A stretch of 29,380 bases of DNA from a virus (taxonomy: Duplodnaviria; Caudoviricetes). Within the stretch, counting starts at the first letter, position 1; each line of letters opens with the position of its first letter. The translations under genes and the position numbers were made by a program. Positions 7,463-14,784 of this stretch are shown one piece after another. Where the stretch lies: the IMG/VR virus record IMGVR_UViG_3300009095_001142, positions 1-29,380 of that record; one strand, 5' to 3'. The notes under the pieces were generated by a model, which saw only the letters and a program-made list of their open reading frames with translations, was not told the DNA's origin and ran no database searches.

Positions 7463-10400
7463 GTGTCCGATCGGTTCGTACACCTGCACGTGCACACCGA
7501 GTTCTCCATGCTCGACGGTGCTGCCAAGCACGACGCGCTGTTCGCCGAGGTCGCTCGGCTCGAACAGCCTGCGGTGGCGATGACCGACCACGGCAACATG
7601 TTCGGCGCGCACAGCTTCTACACGCACGCGCAGAAGTCCGGTATCAAACCGATCATCGGCATCGAAGCGTACGTCGCCCCGGAAAGCCGCTTCCACAAGA
7701 AGCCCGTGTTCTGGGGGAACCGGGCGGTGACCGGCAAAAAGGAAGTCGACGAGTACGGCGAGAGTGGCGACGTCTCCGGCGCGGGTGCGTATACCCACAT
7801 GACGATGATCGCTCTGAACTCGGCGGGGCTGCGTAACCTCTTCAAGCTCTCCTCGCTGGCATCCATGCAGGGTTTCTTCCGCAAGCCGCGCATGGACAAG
7901 GAACTCATCGCCGAGCATTCCGAAGGGATCATCGCGACGAGCGGTTGTCTGGCCGGCGAGGTGCTCACCCGTCTTCGACTCGGCCAGAAGAAAGAGGCAT
8001 TGCAGGCCGCCTCAGACTACAAGGACATCTTCGGGCCTGATCGCTTCTTCATCGAGGTCATGGACCACGGCATCGAGATGGAGCGCAACATTCGCAGCGA
8101 GCTGCTGGACATCGCCCGGCAACTCGATCTGCGCGTCGTGGCGACCAACGACAGTCACTACGTGACCGCCGACCAGGCCGAGCAACACGACGCGTTGCTG
8201 TGCCTGCAGACCCGTTCGATGCTTGCCGACACCGAAAGGTTCCGGTTCAACGGCGGCGGCTACCACATCAAGAGTTCTGAGGAGATGCGCGGGTACTGGG
8301 ATACCGAGGTTCCCGGTGCCGCAGACACCACGTTGTTGATCGCGGACATGGTCGAGGGTTATGAGGAGGCGTTCGCCCGTAAGAACCGGATGCCTCAAGC
8401 CAAGGTCGCCCCCGGCCGCACCGACGTCGAGGTTCTACGCGACGAGGTCGAGGAATTCATCCCGACCCGATTCCCCGACGGGATTCCGCAGGAGTACCGA
8501 GACCGGCTTGAGTGGGAACTGAAGGTCATCACGGAGAAGGGTTACAGCTCCTACTTTCTGGTTGTCGGCGACCTGGTCCGGTGGGCCAAGAACAACGGCA
8601 TCCGTGTCGGTCCGGGTCGTGGCTCGGCCGCGGGCGCGCTGCTGTCGTATGTGCTGCACATCATTGACATCGATCCACTGAAACACGGCCTGCTGTTCGA
8701 GCGGTTCCTGAACCCGGAGCGTGATTCCCCACCTGACATCGACATCGACTTCGACGAGCGTCAACGCGAGCGAGTCATCCAGTACGCGAAGGAAAAGTAC
8801 GGGGAAGAGTACTTCGCGAAGGTCATCACATACGGCACGATTAAGACCAAAGCAGCGTTCAAAGACGCAGCCCGGGTACACCTCGGCCAAGCCGGTTTCC
8901 AAGTCGCCGACCGGTTCTCCAAGGCACTCCCGCCCCCGGTGGGCGCGAAGGACATCCCGTTGTCGGGCATCGTCGACCCCGAGCACGAGCGCTACCCCGA
9001 GGCCGCCGAGGTCCGCTCGTTGATCGACAGTGATCCGCAGGTCAAAAAGATTTTCGACACGGCGCGAGGACTTGAGGGTCTTATCCGCAATGCGGGTGTT
9101 CACGCGTGTGCGCACATCATCTCGCGTGAACCGTTGTTGGACGTGCTCCCGCTGTGGAAGCGCGAGGATGGCGAGATCATCACTGGTTGGGACGGACCGC
9201 AGTGCGAGGCGGTCGGCCTGCTCAAGATCGATATCCTCGGGCTGGTCAACATGACCACGATCGATGACACCGTGCGGATGGTGAAGGCAAACCACGGAGT
9301 CGAGATCGAGCCGTTGGACATTCCCCTTGACGATCGAGCCACCTACGAGATGCTCGGGCGCGGCGAAAGCTTGGGCGTGTTCCAGCTCGAAGGCGGCGGC
9401 ATGCAAAGCCTGCTGAAGCGCATGGCGCCAACCCGGTTCGGTGACATCGTCGCCTGCGTGGCGCTGTACCGGCCCGGCCCGATGGACGTGAACGCGCACT
9501 TGGACTACGCCGACCGCAAGAACGGCAAGAAACCAGTTGAACCGATCCACCCCGAGCTCGACGAACCTCTGAAAGACATCCTTGGCGAGACCTACGGTCT
9601 GATCGTCTATCAGGAACAGATCATGGCGATCGCCCAGAAGGTCGCCGGATACACCCTGGGACAAGCCGACTTGCTGCGGCGGGCGATGGGCAAGAAGAAG
9701 AAGGAGGTGATGGACGCGGAGTTCGCCCGCTTCGAAGCAGGCATGAAGGAACGCGGCTACTCCAAGGACGCGATCGACAAGCTGTGGGCGACGGTGCTGC
9801 CCTTCGCCGGGTACGCGTTCAACAAGTCCCACGCTGCCGCGTATGGTCTGGTGACCTACTGGACTGCCTACCTGAAGGCGCACTACCCGGCCGAATACAT
9901 GGCCGCGCTGCTGACGGCGAACGCACACAACAAGGACAAGACAGCCGTCTACCTGTCCGAATGCCGACGGATGGGTATTCGAGTGTTGCCGCCGGACGTG
10001 AACGAATCCGTCGCTGAGCATGCCGCCGTGGACGGCCGCATTCGCTTCGGGCTTGGGGCGATCCGCAACGTCGGTTCGAACGTGGTCGACTCGATCGTCA
10101 AAACGCGGGAGACCAAGGGGCGCTACACCTCGTTCACCGATTTCTTGGATAAGGCCGAGATCGTCACGTGCAACAAGCGAGTCGTTGAGTCGCTAATCAA
10201 GGCCGGAGCGTTCGACTCGCTCGGACATACGCGTATGGCGCTGAACCAACAGCACGAAGCGGCCATCGACGCGGTGATCGGGTTCAAGCGGCACGAAGCA
10301 ATGGGTCAGTTCGACTTGTTCGGTGGCGCCGACGACACCGCCCGCAGCGATGACGCCTCACCACTTGCCCACTTCCAGTTCACCGAAGAAGAGTGGCCGC

Positions 10401-11050
10401 GTAAGCAGCTTCTCGCCTACGAGCGAGAAATGCTTGGTCTCTACGTCTCGGCGCACCCCTTGGACGGGGCCGAGCGGCTGTTGTCCCCGTACCAGGACAT
10501 CAGTATCGCCGAGCTCGTCGGCGGGGAACGCGAACCCAACGGCAACGGAAAAGACGAAGTCAAGATCGCCGGAATGATCTCGGCGGTTCAGCGGCGCATC
10601 AACAAAAACGGGCAGCCGTGGGCGATCGTCACATTGGAAGACTTTGACGCCAGTGTCGAGGTTCTGTTCTTCCCGAAAGCCTACGAGGTGTTCGCGGAGT
10701 ACCTCGCTGAGGACAATGCGCTCGCGGTGAAGGGTCGCGTGAACGAGCGAGAGGGCGAGATCAGCGTGTTCGCCTCGGATGCAGTCCCGGTCGATATCGC
10801 CGCAGCCGAGCACGCACCCGGCACCGAACCGCCGTTGGTGCTGCGCGCCGACGCGAAGAAACTCAACAAGGACACGATCGCCGAGCTTCGGAACACGCTC
10901 GGTGCCTACCAGGGGGCGACCCCGGTACACATCCACTTGGGGACCACGCGGCTCGCGTTGCCGTCGTGGCCGGTGAAGGTCTGTACTGAGTTGGTGTCCG
11001 AGCTGAAGTCGGTGCGGGGCATCACGATCGAACGTGCGGGGGCAGCATGA
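7463..11050 (+). CDS. dnaE: DNA polymerase III alpha subunit, DnaE1-type (1195 aa)
   Basis: GGAG then GTG 7463. PHP motifs HLHVH, LDG, TDHG, GIEAY, YTHM, SGC, NDSHY; GRGSAAG; PDIDIDF and KIDILGL catalytic aspartates; YAFNKSH; clamp motif QFDLF; OB-fold and C-terminal domain. Confidence 0.97.
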   Translation: MSDRFVHLHVHTEFSMLDGAAKHDALFAEVARLEQPAVAMTDHGNMFGAHSFYTHAQKSGIKPIIGIEAYVAPESRFHKKPVFWGNRAVTGKKEVDEYGESGDVSGAGAYTHMTMIALNSAGLRNLFKLSSLASMQGFFRKPRMDKELIAEHSEGIIATSGCLAGEVLTRLRLGQKKEALQAASDYKDIFGPDRFFIEVMDHGIEMERNIRSELLDIARQLDLRVVATNDSHYVTADQAEQHDALLCLQTRSMLADTERFRFNGGGYHIKSSEEMRGYWDTEVPGAADTTLLIADMVEGYEEAFARKNRMPQAKVAPGRTDVEVLRDEVEEFIPTRFPDGIPQEYRDRLEWELKVITEKGYSSYFLVVGDLVRWAKNNGIRVGPGRGSAAGALLSYVLHIIDIDPLKHGLLFERFLNPERDSPPDIDIDFDERQRERVIQYAKEKYGEEYFAKVITYGTIKTKAAFKDAARVHLGQAGFQVADRFSKALPPPVGAKDIPLSGIVDPEHERYPEAAEVRSLIDSDPQVKKIFDTARGLEGLIRNAGVHACAHIISREPLLDVLPLWKREDGEIITGWDGPQCEAVGLLKIDILGLVNMTTIDDTVRMVKANHGVEIEPLDIPLDDRATYEMLGRGESLGVFQLEGGGMQSLLKRMAPTRFGDIVACVALYRPGPMDVNAHLDYADRKNGKKPVEPIHPELDEPLKDILGETYGLIVYQEQIMAIAQKVAGYTLGQADLLRRAMGKKKKEVMDAEFARFEAGMKERGYSKDAIDKLWATVLPFAGYAFNKSHAAAYGLVTYWTAYLKAHYPAEYMAALLTANAHNKDKTAVYLSECRRMGIRVLPPDVNESVAEHAAVDGRIRFGLGAIRNVGSNVVDSIVKTRETKGRYTSFTDFLDKAEIVTCNKRVVESLIKAGAFDSLGHTRMALNQQHEAAIDAVIGFKRHEAMGQFDLFGGADDTARSDDASPLAHFQFTEEEWPRKQLLAYEREMLGLYVSAHPLDGAERLLSPYQDISIAELVGGEREPNGNGKDEVKIAGMISAVQRRINKNGQPWAIVTLEDFDASVEVLFFPKAYEVFAEYLAEDNALAVKGRVNEREGEISVFASDAVPVDIAAAEHAPGTEPPLVLRADAKKLNKDTIAELRNTLGAYQGATPVHIHLGTTRLALPSWPVKVCTELVSELKSVRGITIERAGAA

Positions 11051-11391
11051 CCAACGGCCCCGAGGTGGAGCTGACACCGCAGCAGCCGTGCGCACGCTGT
11101 GGGTCACCGATCCTGGCTGCGGTCACCGTTCCCGTGCCCGACACCAGGACCGCTGCCTCGCGCCGTGTCACGGCCACCGTGTGCCCCGTCTGCGATCGTC
11201 ACCACCCCGCGCCCGAGGTCCAAGGCGTGATCGCGTACTTCGCCCTTCACGAGCGCGTCACCGATGACGAGGTCGAGGGTGCAGCACAGGTGTTGTCGGC
11301 GTGGGCGCGCTACGTTGCGGCCCACCCGCCGATCTACACCTCCGACGATCTCGATGACGAGATCAGTGCTTGGGAACGCGGCGAGATGTGA
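11047..11391 (+). CDS. Four-Cys zinc-finger protein (resembles DUF6300 from memory)
   Basis: ATGA overlap with the dnaE stop; CARC...CPVCD; acidic C-terminus DDLDDEISAWERGEM. Confidence 0.8.
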   Translation: MTNGPEVELTPQQPCARCGSPILAAVTVPVPDTRTAASRRVTATVCPVCDRHHPAPEVQGVIAYFALHERVTDDEVEGAAQVLSAWARYVAAHPPIYTSDDLDDEISAWERGEM

Positions 11392-11406
11392 CGACACCTC
11401 CTGACA

Positions 11407-11470
11407 AGAATGGCCCCCGCGGAATCTCCCCGCGAAGCGAGCACAACACGGGAGATCCGGGGGGCGTTCT
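11407..11470. terminator. Imperfect hairpin where the dnaE arm and the lysis operon converge
   Basis: AGAATGGCCCCCGCGGAATCTCCC...GGGAGATCCGGGGGGCGTTCT. Confidence 0.55.
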
Positions 11471-11514
11471 CATGCCCGGGGCAGCCAGCCCTACCGGGCG
11501 GGCGCCGAGCGTCC

Positions 11515-11802
11515 TCACTCGGCGAGTCGGGTTGGTGGCGGGGCCGGGACAAGCGCCGTCCCGTCGGCGGTGCGCGGTCGTGCCGCCGGGGTCACCTTAC
11601 GGCGGGTCCACCACGTCAGGAGGACCGACACGAGCACGCCGAGCCCGGTCAAGCCGACCGTGAGCCCGTTGGCCTCCTGGTTGGTGATCCACCCGGCGCC
11701 GACACCGAGTGCCACCAGGACGCGAACGAGTTCGGCGAATCCGGCGGGCTCGGTGTGGATCTTCGATGGTTTCTGCGGGACCTGGTTGGTCATCGTGATC
11801 AC
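11515..11802 (-). CDS. Holin-like two-TM protein (alternative ATG at 11793)
   Basis: EPA...LVALGVGAGW...VLVSVLLTWWTRRKVTP; directly after the endolysin with GTGA overlap. Confidence 0.8.
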   Translation of the reverse strand: MITMTNQVPQKPSKIHTEPAGFAELVRVLVALGVGAGWITNQEANGLTVGLTGLGVLVSVLLTWWTRRKVTPAARPRTADGTALVPAPPPTRLAE

Positions 11803-12776
11803 TTCCAGACGGGGTCGATCTCGACAGCCATGCTCAGTGGGGCGTCGCTGCGGTAGGCGACCGCGATCTGAGTCGCGGCGCCGGGAACCTCGAAGGACTG
11901 CCGATCGCCCGCGACGAGCGTGTAGGCGCCCTGCAGCGGCATCCGTTTGCCCGGCTTGCCGTCTGGCGACCAGTCCTCGTCGGCGTAGACCCCGGCGATT
12001 TCGGTGTCCTCTCCGGCCGCCAGCGACACGAAGACCCTCCCCTGGTCGCCGGTCACGACGCCGTTGCGCGGCGGGACAAGACCGACGAAGGTGCGGACCC
12101 GGTCGGGGCTGGCCGGAAGCGTGTAACCGTAGGCGAGTCCACTTGGAACGTAGCGGCGCACGATGTCGCGGATCTCGGTTGCTATGGACATGTCGAGCTC
12201 ACTTTCCCCGCCTCCCCGGCGGATCAGGTTCGGGTCGTCGCGGAAGCTCCGCACGGTGTCTTGCATCCAGCGGGTGTCGATGCCGACCGGGTCAGGCTTG
12301 CGGCCGGGTGGGAGGCACACGTCTTTGTGCCCGGCGTAGCGGGACGCGTCGCGGCGCATGTAGTGCAGGGCGGCGGCCACGAGACGCGGGTAGGCATCGC
12401 GCTGTGCGGGCGTCCACCCGCCGTGTCCGGCTGATTCCGCTTCGATGCCGATGCTCTCGTCGTTGAGGTCGGTGAACCCGGCCCAGCGGGAGGCACCCGC
12501 GTGCCAAGCAACCCCGGCCGCCACGATGTAGATCGCGCCGGAACGGCCGAGCCCGTAGTTACACAACGGGCCGGGCAGATCCGCCCGGCCCTTGGTCACG
12601 ATGCCCTGTGACGGGTAATCCCCGGGCGCCTTGTCGGATGTGGCCGTGTGGTGGCCTACCACGACCTCCACGGCCCGGAAGCCGCCGTGCCCACGGGTGC
12701 GCCAACCGGGAAGCTCGACCACCGGGTATCCGGTCATGCGCGCCGCGTCGGCGAGCCACGGAATGTAGATCCCCAC
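11799..12776 (-). CDS. Endolysin, N-acetylmuramoyl-L-alanine amidase (Amidase_2)
   Basis: GTG 12776 after GAGGAGG; GWRTRG, HHTA, PGPLCN, AWHAG, SIGIEAE, GHKD...RKPDP. Confidence 0.93.
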   Translation of the reverse strand: MGIYIPWLADAARMTGYPVVELPGWRTRGHGGFRAVEVVVGHHTATSDKAPGDYPSQGIVTKGRADLPGPLCNYGLGRSGAIYIVAAGVAWHAGASRWAGFTDLNDESIGIEAESAGHGGWTPAQRDAYPRLVAAALHYMRRDASRYAGHKDVCLPPGRKPDPVGIDTRWMQDTVRSFRDDPNLIRRGGGESELDMSIATEIRDIVRRYVPSGLAYGYTLPASPDRVRTFVGLVPPRNGVVTGDQGRVFVSLAAGEDTEIAGVYADEDWSPDGKPGKRMPLQGAYTLVAGDRQSFEVPGAATQIAVAYRSDAPLSMAVEIDPVWK

Positions 12777-12777
12777 G

Positions 12778-13047
12778 TCACGCCTCCTCGTCGTAGGCGC
12801 CCACCTCGTCCGCGGTGTCCGGAGCGTGCGGGTCGGCGATCCGGGCGGCAAGGTTCTGCCGCGCCTGGTCGATGGTTTTCGGTCCGGCGCGCTCGGCGTC
12901 CCACCCGGCCGTCTCGTAGTCCTCGCGGGAGTACTGGGCGAGCGGGTCGAGGTCGGTGAGCGTGAGATTCGGGTGGCCGAGAAGTGGCGTTTCGTCCCAC
13001 GCCGACGGTGGCGCGTCGCGGAACACACTCGACTGCGGGTCGGTCAT
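12778..13047 (-). CDS. Acidic hypothetical protein
   Basis: 89 aa, abuts the endolysin start, GGAAGAG upstream. Confidence 0.7.
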   Translation of the reverse strand: MTDPQSSVFRDAPPSAWDETPLLGHPNLTLTDLDPLAQYSREDYETAGWDAERAGPKTIDQARQNLAARIADPHAPDTADEVGAYDEEA

Positions 13048-13143
13048 GACGGCATCTCTTCCCAGGTGGACAGTGCGTTCGTGCTGGTCCGCTTTTGCTG
13101 GCTGACTCCTGCGGGGCTTGCCCAGTCTGTGGTGGACGATCGG

Positions 13144-13407
13144 TTAGATCGCGTCTCGCCTGTCGCGGCGGGTGGTGAGCTCGTCCGGGATCTCCGGCGG
13201 GGTGAGCCCGTGGCGGGCGATGTCTTCGCGTAGCGCGTAGATGTGCCGGAGTGCGGATTCGAACTTGCGGCGTAGGTCCAGGACCTCGGATTCGAGGTCG
13301 ACCACGGATTCCGCCCGCTGGCGTTGGCGGTTGAGCAACAGACCGCCAATCGCGGTGGTCAGTCCGGTGAGTCCGGCGAACACGGCACCGACGAACGCAG
13401 CGTCCAT
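13144..13407 (-). CDS. Lysis-cassette membrane protein (one TM plus coiled coil)
   Basis: AAFVGAVFAGLTGLTTAIGGLLL followed by heptad-like VVDLESEVLDLRRKF; GGAGGG RBS. Confidence 0.8.
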   Translation of the reverse strand: MDAAFVGAVFAGLTGLTTAIGGLLLNRQRQRAESVVDLESEVLDLRRKFESALRHIYALREDIARHGLTPPEIPDELTTRRDRRDAI

Positions 13408-13410
13408 CGT

Positions 13411-13797
13411 TCAGCCCTCCGGGTAGGACGCTGACAGCCCGACCGCCTGCATGGCGAGCCCGGCCGCCAGGCACGCCGTCGCCCACCCGGCGCCGCCGAC
13501 CACGGCCGCGAACAGCAACGCGAACGCGTAGGCGGCGAACACTCCCGCGGCGACCAGCAGCGCCGCCGCCCGCCAGCGGCCGGCGACGAGCGCGGCCAGG
13601 AGCAGCACGGCGGCGCCGCCGAACATGCTCGGCCAGAACGGGCCGACGCTGTCGAGGTAGGCGACCACGTTGGCGGGGCGTCCCGGCGTCGGGTCGCGCA
13701 TCAGGTAGTACGGCGCCGCCCCGGCGAGGGACACCACGATCCCCAGCGACGAGGCGGCGCGGTACGGGACCGGGCGGGTGATGACGTCGGGGCTCAC
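13411..13797 (-). CDS. Multi-pass (about 4 TM) membrane protein, holin-like
   Basis: Four hydrophobic stretches; GTGA overlap with the upstream gene. Confidence 0.75.
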   Translation of the reverse strand: MSPDVITRPVPYRAASSLGIVVSLAGAAPYYLMRDPTPGRPANVVAYLDSVGPFWPSMFGGAAVLLLAALVAGRWRAAALLVAAGVFAAYAFALLFAAVVGGAGWATACLAAGLAMQAVGLSASYPEG

Positions 13798-14132
13798 TGG
13801 ACGCCGAGCTCCGGCGGGATCGCGGGACCGTAGTTCGGGTAGGCGACGAAGAGTTCGTTGATCTGCTCAACGGTGCGCATCTCCGGGACAACACCCATGT
13901 AGGTGATCGACGTCGAGTACCACTCGCCCTGGTTGACAGGGAACTCGTAGGTCCCGTACATGCTGGTCGCGCTGCGGACGGTGGCCGTACCGTCGCCGTT
14001 GTTCACAAAGTCGATGACGTTGCCGGAGTCGCGGCCGAGCTGGGCAAGGTGCTCGCGGATCGCGGCGGTGTTGGTGCCGTCCCAGATCCACACCTTGTGT
14101 GCCTGCGGCCGGGGAAGTACGTCGATGATCAC
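13794..14132 (-). CDS. Hypothetical protein downstream of the tail fibre gene
   Basis: GAAAGGA RBS then GTG 14132: MIIDVLPRPQAHKVWIWDGTN. Confidence 0.75.
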   Translation of the reverse strand: MIIDVLPRPQAHKVWIWDGTNTAAIREHLAQLGRDSGNVIDFVNNGDGTATVRSATSMYGTYEFPVNQGEWYSTSITYMGVVPEMRTVEQINELFVAYPNYGPAIPPELGVQ

Positions 14133-14148
14133 GTGTGTCCTTTCGGGT

Positions 14149-14784
14149 TTACGGTCCGAGCCACGCAACGGTGATCGTGTTGCTGCGGGCTCTCCAGATG
14201 TTTAGCGGTGCGCCTGTTTGCCAGATCGCGGCGTAGGCGGATACCTGTCCTCCGGCGGTGAAGCGCATCAACGCCGACGCCGACTGGACATCCATCGATG
14301 GTCCCGCCACCGAACCGAATTTCGACAGACCCGCACCAGATGCGGCGTTGCTTGGTGACAGCCACAGGGCGCGTACCGATGATCCGGCGGTGTACTGGAG
14401 TGACACGGTCACGAGCCACAGCCCGGGTTGATTGATCGTGACGGTGCCGCCGCTGATGGAGCATCCGGTTGGGGTGCCGACGGCGGAGACGAACTCGGTG
14501 ATCTTCACACCGTCGGAACCGCTGATGGTTTGGCCGATGCCGTTGGCTTGGGCGTTGTTGTCGGTCCACTGTCCGAAGTAGGCGCCCGAGTTCGTGCCGA
14601 CCGGTTTTCCTTCGAGCGTGGTGATCCGGTTTCCTTGGGTGGTCAATGTGGACGTGTTTGCCGCGATACGAGATTCATGGTCGGCGATCTTGTCCGTGTT
14701 GGCGTTGACCACGTCGATCAGGGCGTTTTGTTCGGCGGCGCGGGCGACCTCGCCCGCGACCACGTGAGGGATGGCCATGATCAT
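14149..14784 (-). CDS. Minor tail / receptor-binding protein (coiled coil plus C1q/TNF-like beta head)
   Basis: ATGA overlap; VAGEVARAAEQN anchor, IADHESRI...RITTLEG coiled coil, VTINQPGLWLVTVSL head motif. Confidence 0.7.
   Translation of the reverse strand: MIMAIPHVVAGEVARAAEQNALIDVVNANTDKIADHESRIAANTSTLTTQGNRITTLEGKPVGTNSGAYFGQWTDNNAQANGIGQTISGSDGVKITEFVSAVGTPTGCSISGGTVTINQPGLWLVTVSLQYTAGSSVRALWLSPSNAASGAGLSKFGSVAGPSMDVQSASALMRFTAGGQVSAYAAIWQTGAPLNIWRARSNTITVAWLGP

Noticed and set aside
8435-10021. 528-aa minus-strand ORF
   Set aside because: Antisense shadow of dnaE with no motifs.
7463-11050. DnaE2 mutasome or intein-containing dnaE
   Set aside because: PHP ligands and clamp motif are intact, no imuA'/imuB is present, length is normal and I saw no intein motifs.
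11793-11802. Lambda S-type dual-start holin/antiholin
   Set aside because: Two possible starts exist, but the extension (MIT) has no basic residue.
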